A stretch of 64,000 bases of DNA from Penicillus capitatus (taxonomy: Eukaryota; Plantae; Chlorophyta): contig OZ287699.1 of assembly GCA_965649825.1 (NCBI GenBank), positions 620,001 through 684,000 of the forward strand, written 5' to 3'. Positions 1 to 14,988 of the stretch are shown one piece after another. The position numbers and the translations under genes were made by a program. Numbering within the stretch: the first letter of the stretch is position 1; every line of letters starts with the position of its first letter. Under the pieces are notes generated by a model that saw nothing but the letters and a program-made list of their open reading frames with translations, ran no database searches and was not told the origin of the DNA.

Positions 1-537
1 TAAGTAGAACAATTGCTTTCGGTATCTGTCGATGTCCGTTGTCGGCATCGTGCCAGTGTTTATCCGTCGCACATGTTATCCGTTTCTGTTTCCAGATACT
101 TAGACAACCAACCAGCCAGGTAGCGCAAAGCTCTCTCATCGACAACTCTTTCTCGGTGCCGCGACTTTCAAGAAATCGCATATCTGTCTGCCACGCGAGA
201 AGGCGTCGCGTACCGTAATGTCACATCGAATAGGCAAGACCCTTTCCTTGCATCTCGGGTCGGCACTTAAACGAATAGGGACGCAGTTTCGCCTCGAATC
301 CGCATATGACGGCAGCCGTCCTCTTAGAGATCTCCCCATACAGCAAACCGTCTATCCTATAGATCCGTCGAATCCCGCGTCGGACAAAAGGGAGCAGGCA
401 CAAATGACCAGTCATCCGTCTTTCGGCGTATTCCTTTTCCCGCCTGTCTGTCGGCATCGCATCGTTGTCATATCAACGCTCTGTATTGTGAGCTGACTGT
501 GATTGTCGTTGTTATTCCTTCTGCCCGTCGTCAAATC

Positions 538-1195
538 ATGTTGCGTCGCGGAGCGCGCGTCTGGCACAGGTTCGTCTGTTCCGTAAGGCATTACTCTCAG
601 ACGGACGTGGGGACCATTAGCGGTGTCCCGACGGATGCCTTGAGCCGAAAGGTGCGACAGCGTTGAGCAAATCGTTGAAGTCACGTTGAAGGACTGTTGC
701 GTTACTATAGGTTTATATCATAACGCCTGCTCGGAGCGCAGCGCAGCATTTGCTTCATGGTACCGTTTGGAGTCCATCTCCTGCCTGGCACATCGAATTG
801 GACGCCCAAGAAAAGTGCGAAGAAACGACGTCCTTCTCTACACGATCGAATGACTGACCGTGGGTGTGTTACTGTCAGATGGGCAAATCCTCTCATCGGG
901 TGGACCTCGACGGCCGATCCTTTGGAGAATGTCTTCCGCTCTGGTAAAGTGCAGTTCTACACGAAAGAGCAAGCCATTCGCTTCTGTGAGCGCCAAGGCA
1001 AGTATTACTTGGTATGGAAATTATGACCAGCTGAGGAGTGGTTGCCGTCGATAAGGATATCGTTACGAAGTCATTGATTACAATGAGCGGACACGTGAAC
1101 GCACTAGGCGCTTTCAGAGCTATGGGGACAACTTCAGCACAAAACGCTGCGGATTGCCCGACTTGACGTCTCTCCGCTCTAACAGAAGCAAATAA
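538..1195 (+). CDS. NDUFS4: NADH:ubiquinone oxidoreductase subunit S4 (18 kDa), mitochondrial; 4 exons (538-651, 711-814, 879-997, 1056-1195)
   Basis: Spliced translation MLRRGARV...GTISGVP...RKVYIITPARSAAQ...KWANPLIGWTSTADPLEN...QFYTKEQAIRFCERQGYRY...YGDNFSTKR matches the ETC_C1_NDUFA4/NDUFS4 family; third intron is GC-AG. Confidence 0.9.
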
Positions 1196-2192
1196 TACCG
1201 TTTCTCTGCTGCCACGTTAATGAAGTCGCCCATCAGGGGAACGGGATCAGTATCCTTTCGCTATAAATGAAGTGCTCGGGAGGGGGAGGGGAGATGAGGT
1301 GAGTTGTGGTGTGACGCACATTGAATAATATTTCGCCCTTTAAGCATTGTTAGAACAAATGGCCGCTTTCACAAGGACTGCAGTGTACGAATTCGGAATA
1401 AGCGCCACGCTTGAGGGTACGTACATAAGTACGTATGCGCAACAAAGAAACAAGGAAGATCAATACATGCCAGACAGAGGAGGAATAGAATTAAACTTCT
1501 CTTCGGTCGAAACAAAGAAACAAGTGAAGAGAGCTGCGAGGTCTTATCCCCAGTCGCTGCTTATTGAGTCATCAAGATCGTCAAAACAAAAAACACGGTC
1601 ACCAGCCGATGATGCAGCATTTGCTCTATACAAGTTCATCCGCGCACGTTAACTGACCCTGTTGCAGATCAGTGAGAGTGGGAGATCGATTTTCTTTATG
1701 AAGAAAGTAAACTCCTTCAAAACACTTTTTCTGATTTCTCTTTCGTTTAAGTTCAGGCCAAACTTTCAGACATACACGCGTATCTACACTTTTTCCAGAG
1801 GGTACAGACTGCACAAAATGAACATTACTGCCTGGGAGTCTAATGTCTCCCACACGCCATTCGGCGACCGTAAGCAACTTGGTTGGGAAGTGAACGGCGA
1901 CGACAATCTCCAGATCGTATCGCCACTTCGAGCTTTGGCTTTGACAAAAAAGAACATCAGTCAGCCTCCGATCTATTGGACTGGAGTCAGGAATGAATGA
2001 AGAAGTAAGAACGAGAGAAAAGAGGTTGGTTGAAAATCTATACAGCAACTAGACATTAAGTGAACAGAGCTCTCTGTCAACAAACCGTAAAAAGGATATT
2101 ATTTATTCGTGATCCCGGAGCATCAGTTATTTACGATGTGCTTCCAGGTTCACAGTGAAACAAGAAAGTAGGAAGGGAAAACGTCGGTGACC

Positions 2193-3413
2193 TCATTTAT
2201 CACTTGGCGGTAGAAGCATGTAAAGTGCGGTCAGAGCCTCGATCGATAGGTACTCGTTTAAGGCTTGTCGGTTAAGTTCTGGCCAGCTAATTTTGCTTCG
2301 TTGATTACTATCTAGATCCGACGTCGGGGATCGCCCTTGACCAGATTCGAAGCTGGATAGGGGATTCCCATGATTCCAGAGAGTCAGCCGAGAGGACAGG
2401 GGTGCCGCTGGAATCACCTCTCCTGTCAGTAACGGAGACGTTCGCGTTGCACCGATGTCCGAAGATATTGTCGACATGCCGCACATGTTACTTGTCCTCG
2501 AAAGATCGCATGGTCCGATAGACCAGATGTTTTGTCCTGTTAATCCCACGTCCATGGCACCGAAAGGATGATTTATCTGTGTCAGACAGACACACACACC
2601 ATTCAGCATTCTGAGAGATCCATCGCGACAAGCGATCGGCTGGCTTACTAGTGGCGTATTGCCTCGGTCGGGCGGCGAAGTATGCCTTCGCTTAAAGTCG
2701 GTGCCCTCAGCGATGCTCAGAGCCTTTCTTGCCATGGGCGAGGAGAGGACACTCGAGTCAAACACCCTTATTTCTGAATCTGAATGTGCGAAAAAACAGA
2801 AAGGACGAGAACAAGAACTGCCTCGACTGCAGAATTCGGTCTTGAATCTAGTCAAACACAGAGAGATGAGTGAGTGAGGGATATAATGGCCGCAGAGCGT
2901 GGTAATGGGCGGACAGTTGTCACCTGGTTGGGTGCAGCCAGTATTCAAAAAGGCTGTGTGTGCATGGACAACTATCTCCCCTCGGACACTTTTCTCCCTG
3001 CAAACCATTCCGTGCTTGCACAATGGACAGGAAACAGAAACTCGAGAATGCTCTGCACTTCGAAGAAACGTGCATCATTGATCTCACGCTGACCTTCTTC
3101 GCCTCTGGGCAGATAACCCCGACGTAAGAATGTATTTTCGGATGTCGACGAGCTGCTGTCTCGCCAACGTGCGCGTAAGGGCACACCCGCCAGTCGTGGC
3201 GATAGGACTTCATGCAGGGCATAACCTTCATAAAAGACCAGCGCCATGTCGACCATCAGTTTCGGGTCGTGTCGATAGGCCATCGCCCACTTTATAGTAA
3301 AACATCATGAACTCGGCGCTGCTAAATATGGGGTGTGAGTAATCAGTTTCAGTCCCGTTCAGCTGAACTTCGGCCATTTCCGTTATTTTATCCGAGTAGA
3401 CGGGTGAGCTCAT
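2193..3413 (-). CDS. Plant-type tandem CCCH zinc-finger (TZF-like) RNA-binding protein, 4 exons
   Basis: Exons give FMMFYYK/VMPCMKSYRHDWRVCPYAHVGETAARRHP...CPEAKK/GEKCPRGDSCPCTHSLFEYWLHPTR/FKTEFCSRGSSCSRPFCFFAH, the RR-TZF signature; GT-AG introns. Confidence 0.85.
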
Positions 3414-4585
3414 CCTGCGCTATACAGTAAGAAGTCACGCACTACGCAGAACTTGGATGACTAAAGCTTGAGAAAATCTGCGCAGACGAACAGCAACTGC
3501 GTTCAATAATAGTTCAAAACGGAACTTCGAAGGCGGCGTCCGTCGATAGCAACAGTCTACGGTCGAAGCGCGAAATCAGGCGGATCAACGCCCAAACTTG
3601 AGTGGATGGGAATGCTTTTGGCAGTAACGACGAGCTCGCATGGCTTTTAATACCGTAGGTGGACCCGCCATGACCTTCATTGGTTGGGGCATCCGACAAC
3701 TGAAAGATGAGTCTGCGAACGCGCCGAAAAGTATTCAGACTAAAATGATCCGACACATGACCACGGCTGATAGTCTAGCTCCTGTCGCTTCCTACGCGAC
3801 GTCGAAAAGCGTTTCTCGGACGTTAAGACCTCGTAGATTCACAGCCGCAATTTTCGAGTGCCGTTCCGTAGGTGTCATCGTAATGCAGGGTCGTTAGTAT
3901 ACTGAAGAGACACATACCTGGAGCACTGAAAGAGTCTAGGGAGGATGAAACAGGAAAATCGTTTGCAAAGCACCGATGCTTGACCGACTGATGTGGGTTT
4001 ATGGCTTCGAAAACCCTGTCGCCGGTGCACAAATCATCTATGAAGGTCGAATTCCGACCAACCGCGACAATGGATGCAGTACGCAGAGCACAGCGTCTTA
4101 CGCTCGACGGTGCTCTGATGCGGACGGAGTCTGACAGCACATGAGTAACAGCGACGACGCGTCGTCGCTCGAATCTCAACGAAAAGCGCAATGCACGGAT
4201 GGTCAGCAAAAGGAGAATCAGACGCTGTGTGTGGCGGCGGCGAGTCTGTGCGTGCTTTTTAGGTCTACGTCTGCTTCCCCGCGTAGACGGGGGGAGAAAA
4301 ATGTAAACACGACTGATTGTCTGTCTTGGAAAAATAGGGATGTCTCGTAATACTATACGACGGTTAAATAACATCGTCAGCAAACAACGCGCCGTGAAAC
4401 GTGTTGTCTTGCTTAATCATGGATTGCGGACTTTAAAGCTTTCCCTGCGTCTCACATTCTCGGCGCTCATATCCGTGAAACACACACGTTTTCTTTCTCT
4501 GTCGAAATGCTGCTGTCTCACAGGTCCAGTGGCAAGCGGATGCTTTTTGTTGAATTCTTCAAGACACGTAATATCAAGATACTCG

Positions 4586-7094
4586 ATGCTGCACTACGCC
4601 TATTGCATCGTTGCGGTGCTGGTCTTAAGCCTAAACAGAGTCCATGGGCAGACAGTGAGTGCTCCCGTGTTTAAAGTCTCATCCTGCAAGGATCTTCACG
4701 ATACCCTCGATACACACAGAGAAGAAAAGCGCATCATTATTACAAAGAATATGAGATGCAGTCAAGGTCATTGGCTCACTCCTGCCTTCGTCTCGCACAA
4801 TACGGTGATAGAGGGGAGCAAATTTGGGAAAGGTGTACCTGTTATTGACTGGGCAGAGACAGCCAATCGTATCATCGTCCAGCAATCTGCGACGCTGACG
4901 TTCCAAAACATCGTCCTGATACAAGACTTTGTGCAGCTGGGTGGACTGCGACTCTCATTTGCTACGGGATCTGGTGACGCCACAGTGCGCATTTTGGGAA
5001 CGGGAGTGGGAATTCGATCCTGTCAACAGGATCTGCGAAATTTGATTCCGGTTTACGAGAGCATTCCGCGGCCACATCAATTCCATGGCCGCCAGAGCGT
5101 CGAGCAGCGTGAGGATATCAATGCTGTCTATGTTAACACCATGGCATTTGTACCCACGCAGCGAGACAACAGCACATGGGTTATCTGCAAGAGTGTTTTT
5201 CAGTGCGGTGTGATCTCTCCTTTTCAAGAGAGTTTTCAAGAAAGCCTCAATCAAGAGACGCTGGAACCGACATGTGGGAATACGGGTGGCTTCCATTCTC
5301 TAAACGACGATGGCTCGAGCATTTCGGGGGGCAGCACCTCGAACAGCACATTCGCTGTCATTGTGGCCCTCTTTACGGCGCTGTGCACCACACTCGTTCT
5401 CATCGTCGTCTTTATCTTGTTTAGAATTTGTGTGATTCCGCTGCTGCGGAAAAAGAGAAAGCAAAAGAAGTCAGATGTCGAGAATCCCACACCTCGAAAG
5501 AAATCTGAACTCAAGAAGCCACAGAAGCCGCATTCCCGTCGAGCAAGTGTCGCACAAACACCAGCGGCCACGGTGCATCTGGCAGACATCGAGTTGGGCC
5601 TTCCTTTGGGCAAAGGATCTATGAGCACCGTTTACAAAGGCTACTACAATGACAAACCGCTAGCGGTCAAGATCTTCGATATGGAGGCGTCTGAGTCCGT
5701 CTCGTTGGATGGCGATCCCATTGGAGCATATCTCGCACAGCGTCTCTATCATGCGAATGTGATCGAGACGTTGCTCTATCAAGCAGATCGCATGGAGGAG
5801 CTCCAAAGATCGCCGGTTGGTGCGGATCCATCGATGCTGACGGGAGGGTCCTATATGGAAACCACGACGCTCTCCAGCATCAGCGAGATTCGCCCAGCAG
5901 AGACGTTTCAATACAGAACGTTCCATGTCATGGAATTCTGTAATCTGGGAACACTGGAGAAAGCAATGACAGACGGACTGTTCTACGGAACGGACCAACA
6001 ACCAAGGGTCCATATGATCCTACGCTCCGCATTGGACATTGCCAAAGGCATGCGGCATCTACACAGTGCTCGGATCATTCACGGACAGTTGAGGCCATCG
6101 AACGTGTTGCTCAAGGGCGATGCCATGGATGCCCGTGGATTCATCTGCAAAGTGTCGGATTTTGGTATGACACATTTACAGGAACAGCAACAGACTCTGG
6201 AGCTCACACAAGGACGCAATCTCTCCTACCGTGCGCCAGAAACGCTACGCAGAGGATTGTCCGAAGCCGGATCCGATGTCTTCTCCTTCGGCATGATTCT
6301 GTGGTCCATGTTGACAGGCAAAATCCCCTTCTCCGAATGCGAACCATCAGAAACCGTATCCACAGTCTTGGAAGGCACGCGGCCAGAGATACCGTCCAGC
6401 ATGCCTCGCAAATATGAGCGATTGATTAAAGACTGTTGGCATGCGGACACATCCGCCCGTCCTCCGTTTGCAAACATTATCGAGAGACTCAGCAAAATCA
6501 TTACAAATGTCGTTCAGACTCCAGAGTCGACGAACGGCAGTTCTCCAAAACACCATCGTGATGCAAAATCATATTGCTCCTCTGACGCTGATACCGTGAT
6601 CCACGGCTACGGCAGCGTCAACGCCGACAACATATTTGACACCGTCGAAATTCACGATTCCAACAGTGCGTGATTTCTTTTTCTCTCTGATTGGCGGCAA
6701 TGTCGTGTGGATGGATGTCTGTTCAGGTCCGATGTCTGATTCTGTTAGTCCAACGAGCAGTGCGCCGTTCTGGGAGCAGTTTCAGACGACGGTCACCAGT
6801 CCCATGTCCACAAGATCGGACGTCGTCTTTCCTTCCTTCGATCCGGCATCCCAAGCCATCCCTCCAAAAAGATTCTGCGTCTCTTGGGACGCATCGAATG
6901 TCGGAGACGTTTCTGAAGAGGCGGAAGAGGAGGAGGGAGGGAGGGACAGCAGAACTGAGCGCCAACATACCGGAGGAGTGGCTTCCAAACCGTCCGAAAC
7001 TGTGTCTCTTCGATATGGTATGGCATCCGACAGCGCGAGTTCCGACGCATTGGATTACCTCTCCGACGATCCTTCGTTTTCACCTGATCAATAA
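4586..7094 (+). CDS. Receptor-like TKL-type protein kinase, probably a pseudokinase: signal peptide, extracellular domain, TM helix, kinase domain; C-terminal exon after intron 6666-6726
   Basis: Signal peptide MLHYAYCIVAVLVLSLNRVHG; TM FAVIVALFTALCTTLVLIVVFILF; motifs LGKGSMSTVY, LAVK, HGQLRPSN, DFG. A phase-1 GTGCGT...TTCAG intron removes the TGA at 6671-6673 and joins the 6727-7094 frame. Confidence 0.8.
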
Positions 7095-7453
7095 TTGCCA
7101 CTTCATTCATCCTTCCAGTTAAGAACCAGGCAACTGACAAGCAAATAAAATTGGCGTCGGTCGATTTCTGAACCTCATTTTCTGACGAGGCACACAATTC
7201 TTCTCACATGAGGATTGGTTCTATGAACGCGTTTTTAACATAATGATTGATTGATTGTTGTTGCTGCTGCCGCATCTTTTCTGAATCTGATCTTTAAGAG
7301 TAGCCCAGCGAAACACCTATCTACTTCTATGAGCTAGCTCAGTGATGTGATGGCGCACGAATGCTCGCAATTCGATCGACCTCGATCGAAGGCGGTGGAA
7401 GGAAAAGTGTCGTGCGTCCGCGATCGAATTTCGTTCTTTCGAGGCCATCAGAG

Positions 7454-8911
7454 ATGCGTCTCTATCGTTATCCTTGTACAGTGACAATCGATGTTCGATG
7501 CCTTTACGATGCACGTGTCCACTTTCGACGATTTCGATGCGAAAAACGAACACGATGTCTCCGAAGAGATCCTCTCATTCCTTCCGCTCTCTCCGATCCA
7601 TCGAGAAATGAATCGCCGCCAGTATTTTGCCCAGCAATGTGGTGGAGTGGCGTTGCCTGGAGCTCTCTTGTCTTTCTCGATGCGGCCGATGCGGCCGATT
7701 CCGCCGCGAAGCGGTACGGCGGTTTCCTGTCTCCTATTTCGGATACTTTGGAAGCGGTACTCAATAGTCTCCAAAATGGATTGGAGTTACTGCATGTACC
7801 TTATTCCTACGGCTTTTCTATCATTCTTCTAACGGTTATCGTCAAAATACTGACCTTCCCTTTTACCAAGAAACAGGTGTAGGACGATCCGTGACGCCAT
7901 CGATGAGATGGCGATCTTTTGATGACCAGGTGGAATCTGCCATGGCGATGCAGAGTCTCAAGCCGCGCATCGACAACATCAAACTACGATACGGCGACGA
8001 CAAAGAGAAAGTCCAACGCGAAACGGCCATCCTCTACGATGAAGCGGGCGTCGATCCTACTGCCGGTTGGAAAACCTTGTACTGGGTTGGATCTTCTGAT
8101 GTATCCTGTAGGTTGTTTTCCGACACTTGCAACGATTCCAATTCTCTGGGGACTTTTCCGTTCGTTGTCGAATGTGGCGACCGAGGGTTTGTTGGATGCA
8201 GAAGGGTTCTTCTGGATTCCATCGTTGGCAGGACCGACGTCGATCTCGGCGAGACAGACAGGAACAGGCTTGGCGTGGCTATACCCTTTAGTCGATGGAG
8301 CGCCTCCGATCGGATGGGAGGATGCAGTCAAGTATCTGATTCTGCCTGTCTTGCTCGTGGCCGCTCAATACTACAGCTCATCGATCATTTCGCCCGTCGA
8401 TCCGAACGACGAAGGATCGAAAAATACGCGATACCTCTTGGCATTCTTGCCTCTGCTTGTGGGGTACTTTGCATTGAATGTGCCATCTGGACTCACACTC
8501 TATTACTTCAGCAACACCATCCTCACAACCGGACAGCAGTTCTGGCTCAGAAAACTCGGAGGCGCAGAGGTGCGTTCTCTTCCCGTATGGATGGCCGAAT
8601 TTGACGTACGTATACGATCGATGGATACGTAGATCGAGATGAAGGATTTGGGACCAGTGACGAAACTAGGAATGGGTCGACGAACAGGAGTGCCCGTCAT
8701 TGACGAGCCGCCACCGTTGAAATCAGCACCGATTTCTGCCGAGGAGAACGGATCGAACGCATATGCAACAGCAGCAACAGGCCAGGATGCCACAGCCGTT
8801 CAATCGGTTCTCGTCCGAACGCGATCGAAACGCAAGAAACGCAACTGGTCAACGCCCAAGGCACTACAGAAGAATCGGAACAGAGAAGAGAAGCCCGAAG
8901 TTGCTGCATAG
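7454..8911 (+). CDS. ALB3: YidC/Oxa1/ALB3 family thylakoid membrane protein insertase, 4 exons
   Basis: HVPYSYGFSIILLTVIVKILTFPFTKKQ/VESAMAMQSLKPRI...GVDPTAG/CFPTLATIPILWGLFRSLSN...FFWIPSLAGP...VPSGLTLYYFSN; N-terminus resembles a transit peptide. Confidence 0.9.
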
Positions 8912-8986
8912 AGGTGAAACGAACAGTGATCGTTGAAAGCGCGTCGATCGCGATGGATTTTTGTTTCTTCTCTTTTTGTTTTGCCA

Positions 8987-9726
8987 TCAAGATTCATTCC
9001 GTCGCGTTTCTGCCGCTTCACGTTCGTCAACATCGACTGGAATGCCATCGAGCTTCTTCAATTGTGGCAGTCTCTTAATCACTTCGATTCGATAATCGGC
9101 GATGTTTTCTTTGAACTCGTTGTAGATCGGATTGCCAATGAGTAGCAGATCACTTAGTTGCTCCAACGGCGCCAATCGTTCGATCTCCGCCCACTCTTTC
9201 AAGCGATTGTTCGATAGATACAGCGTCGTTAAATTCGCCAACTTCTCTACTCCAGCCTACACCGATCATCGTTCGAACGTCGATCGACCCACGTGTCACG
9301 AGACGAGCTTCTCGAGTTGGTTGTACGAGATCCACAGTTCCTCGATCGTTTCGATGACGCCTTCGAGGTTTTCGATTTTCTTGATCACGTTTCGTCCGAG
9401 TGACAAAACGCGAAGCTTCTCCATCCCCGATAGCGAACTGATTTTGTCGATGTTGTTCGATGAGAGCGATAGATATCTAAAGCGTCGTGTGTAGATGACA
9501 TGATGGACATCGGCAATCATCTCACGTGCAGTTCTTAAGCGACGACAACGTGGCATCCATTTTCTCAATCGGCGGAATCTGACCCCATAACTCGATCTAT
9601 TCGCGCGCATGTGCGTCTGAAGACGTGCCGCGTAAACGATCTCACGCTTTCTGCCTCAGTGGCATCGACGCCGTTTGCATCTTCGAATTTCTTGACGGCT
9701 TCTTTGACAGTCGTCGGCTTCGCCAT
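8987..9726 (-). CDS. DNAL1: Axonemal outer-arm dynein light chain 1 (leucine-rich repeat), 4 exons
   Basis: [15 protein letters not shown]...[17 protein letters not shown]...[36 protein letters not shown]...LKKLDGIPV matches LC1. Confidence 0.93.
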
Positions 9727-10187
9727 GTTCGATTGACGATCGGCGTTTCACACGACAAATGATTAACAGAATTGTCACCTTAAATTCATGTCACATTCAC
9801 AAATTGTGAGACAAGAACGAACGAGCTGACGGACGGATAAGGAAACGAACAAACAAGCAAACGAACAAACAATGACATTGTCATAGGTGTATGGATACGC
9901 AGAGACAGATCTTGCTGACTTCGAAAGGCATAAAAGCCATCACAAGAATTTTTCGTTACACAAATCACACCATGAATTCTTCTAGGCAGGCAGGCAGGCA
10001 GGCAAACAGACATTGGCAACCGTCACCGCAGCAGCAGATGCATTGATTCTCTGAATGTAAAGTCGTCGTACAAAATAGTCCCCTATACATGCTTCGAGTT
10101 TTCTCTAAACATGTGTACGTGCGAGCGGTGCATGCAAACACAAAGATAGTGTCTGCAAAGCGTCATCATCAGAATTGAACGGTCTTC

Positions 10188-10958
10188 TTATCCAAGAAAA
10201 GGAGCACCACATGTGCATCGTTTTCTGTTCCCCATACAGACGCCTTCGAATTGTGGATGTAATCTTGCGAAGCTCGCTGCTGGCTCGGTCTTCAACAAGG
10301 CTCTCTGGCTCATTCCCCAAATCTCCTGATTGTGTCCATAGTGGCGATAGAAATTAAACAGGCGCATGCTTTTAATGGCATCATCTACGGCATTGTGCGG
10401 CTGACCGTTGCGAGGCATCCCCAGAATTACATTAGAGAGATGCTCCAGCGAGAAAACGGTCCAGGAACCAAATCGCCCATTCCAGATTTTATACAGTCCC
10501 ATAAGGTCCATCATTGAGTGGAAATCCACACCCTCTTCCAAATCCAGCCACGAGACATCTTGTCTGATATTCTGTCCGACGAGAATTGCCGAAGACGGCA
10601 ACTGACGACGCAGGACGTCGAGGGCCATGGCCAACGGCATTCCATAGTTCTGTAGCGTGTCTCGAGTGAGGCCGGTTAGAGGCGTGAGATAAGAGACGAC
10701 TGGGACGTCGGGTTGAACGTAAAGGTTCAAGATAACGCGCTCATGTTCATCGACGAGGGAGATCTGTCCAACGGCGCGGGCGTCGTGCTGTGTGCCTATC
10801 GCAACACATTCGACGTCGATGGAAAAATAAAGCGATGGGGAAGAATGAGGAGCCTCGAAGGCTGGAGAAAAAGAAATAGACGCAGCTTCGTCAGTTGCAA
10901 CGGCGGTGGATCGGGTCCCGCGACGAACCGCGGAAGAAAACATGCGACCCGAAACCAT
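10188..10958 (-). CDS. DEDDh 3'-5' exonuclease, REX4-like
   Basis: SIDVECVAIG, LVGQNI..D and HNAVDDA motifs; Cys-rich C-terminus; ATG at 10958 chosen because the longer ORF overlaps VTE1. Confidence 0.8.
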   Translation of the reverse strand: MVSGRMFSSAVRRGTRSTAVATDEAASISFSPAFEAPHSSPSLYFSIDVECVAIGTQHDARAVGQISLVDEHERVILNLYVQPDVPVVSYLTPLTGLTRDTLQNYGMPLAMALDVLRRQLPSSAILVGQNIRQDVSWLDLEEGVDFHSMMDLMGLYKIWNGRFGSWTVFSLEHLSNVILGMPRNGQPHNAVDDAIKSMRLFNFYRHYGHNQEIWGMSQRALLKTEPAASFARLHPQFEGVCMGNRKRCTCGAPFLG

Positions 10959-11069
10959 GCCAGCCAAACGTGCATTCGCCACAGATGACCATTTGATGAG
11001 TCGTGCAAGGAAATTACGAACGACTTGAGTCAGCGTTGGCAGATTCGGCGCACGGCACGGCGGTATCGG

Positions 11070-12778
<1,709 letters not shown>

Positions 12779-12826
12779 TGCTCCCCCCTCGTTCTTCGCA
12801 TGTTTCACATCGACGATCGGCGATCG

Positions 12827-14916
12827 ATGACATTGCGCCTTTGTTATAAAATCGTGCGGGATTCGACTCTCTTTTTCTCGCTGATTCGAAAACCACTCGC
12901 GCTGTGGCGTTTGGATCGATCGTTTCGCATCGCGCACAGGTCGGAAAGTATCGATGCGTGCGATCGTGATGAGTTCTTTGCAGGAAGCCTTACGCACCGA
13001 AGGAGCGTTATATTGATCGTCGTCGCGACTTTCCGGCCATCCCGATCGATACAACCTTTTTGGTACGCTCTTTCCAGAGACGCTATTCTCATGAACAAAC
13101 GCAACGTCGTCTGTCGTAGACGCCTCGATCGGAGGGAGCGGGTTCGACGTCATCGCAGCCGAACGACGAGATCGAGATCGAAACAAATGGAAAGCTCCTC
13201 GAAGAGAATTTCCTACAGAAGGAGATCACACTGTCGTTCACGAGATTCCAATTTCACAAGACGGAATCGGGAGAGCAGACGCCAGACCAGTTCAAGTATG
13301 TCATGAACCTCAAAATTGCTCGAATCGAAAGGTATCTCGCCCAAATACAAAAGAGTGAGAATCTCGTACGACCGCTGCCAGAACACATTGTCCACGCCAT
13401 GCGACATCTGACCGAATTCTGTATGCGACATCGAATGCTTCTCTGGTTCAATTTTCGGCATAGCGGGTTCATTCACGAGCTCTGTACGTTCGTTCAGTCC
13501 ATGACAGCCTCCTTCGATGATCGACAGTCTGCTGTCATCATTTGGATGTTGAGCAAATTGGGACGTCTCGCATTCAAGGCCCCTCATGAGAGAAACCCCA
13601 CGAGATCGTTTCTTTCTACGCTGGTGAGACAGCTGTTGGAGAGAAAGAGTTGTCAGCAGATGACCGTGCATGATACCATGCTGCTGATCAACGGATTAGC
13701 AAATCTAGAATGCCGACAGATGCCTTATGTACTGGACGCCTGTTTGCCAAGATTCATGGAAGAGATGTCCGAAATGTCGTCCTCAATCTTTGCGCTCTTG
13801 GTCTGGAGTTATGGAAAACTCGGTTATCTCGCGACAAACGCAGCATTCAATCAGAAATGTTTTACGGAATGTGAGAAGCGAGAGACGGAGATGACGGTGC
13901 AACAGATGGCCAGTGTCGCATGGGGATTGTGTCGCATGGAGCACCCTGATGCAGCCGACTACTTGACAAAATGCATTCGTACAGTACATACCTCACGTGG
14001 AAGCTACATCCCGCTGGGCATGGCACGCCTCATCGAAGCATGTTTGATTCAGAATCGCTATCCAGGAGATGCCGCTTTGAGAGTTCTTTCCAATCGATTT
14101 GCGCACTTTCGTGGATGTGCCACACCTGCACTGTGTGACCAGGCATTACCCGCCTTCGCCTACTTTGTCCAGTTCCCGCAAACTCTGTTCACTTTATCGC
14201 ACGAGGCAATGAACGCACGCTACCGACAGCTGATGGAACCGGAGCAGCGCATTCGCATCCTCGCGGCATACTCTCTGGCAGACACACTGACTCCCTGTTT
14301 CTTTGAAGACACGATCCAAGCGCTGCTCACACAGGGGAGTTACGAGGATCTGCCTCCAGATCTCTTAAGGGAGCTCTGGATTAGCTTCATCACTCACCGG
14401 ATACAACATGGGCACCGAGTGGAAAATGTGGTGCCCAGGAAACTCATGTCGCTGATGAAAGAGGCGTGGATCGATCCAAGGGTAGCACCCTCTCCACATT
14501 CTCTGGCTCAGGAGATCGAATCTGTTTTCAAAGACATGAAAGTGACCTGCAGTTCTGGCTACTCTGAGCCAGGTACTGCCATCCTGGCAGACCTGGTTTG
14601 CCAGTATGGGCACAATCGCGTCGTACTGTTCATTGTGGATACAGCAGACGTCTTTTCAAATCTCGGAAAGCGTTTAAACGGTCGTTACTTGTGGAAAGAG
14701 CGACAATTCCTGAAACTGGGCTACGGCGTCGGAAGAATTCTTGCCGAAAAATGGGAACTTCTAGGCAATAACCCTTCGTCTAGACAAGCATACCTAACCT
14801 ACATTCTGCAACACTATCGTTGCTTAAGAGAAAGTGATCGACCATCGAGAGTCGTGCTCTCGTCCATTCAAGACATTCATGCTAATGTCAATGAATCCAG
14901 TCACAGATTGTTATGA
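12827..14916 (+). CDS. OPR/FASTK-like helical-repeat protein with C-terminal RAP-like domain, probably organelle-targeted; exons 12827-12939, 12984-13062, 13120-14916
   Basis: Repeats such as LLVWSYGKLGY and QQMASVAWGLCRM; C-terminal ILADLV...RVVLFIVD...LNGRYLWKERQFLKLGYGV resembles RAP; both 5' GT-AG introns keep frame. Confidence 0.65.
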
Positions 14917-14988
14917 AGCTTGGGTCTTTGAGACAACATCATGTATACAATCGATTCACTCACTCAGTACAGAAATAGCTCAGGAGTT

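Noticed and set aside
1347-2050. Short ORFs between NDUFS4 and the CCCH gene (likewise 52400-54700)
   Set aside because: No recognisable family and no consistent spliced model; not annotated.
6636-7094. Separate small gene (or bicistronic ORF) after the receptor kinase
   Set aside because: A canonical phase-matched GT-AG intron (6666-6726) joins it to the kinase, which is the simpler explanation.
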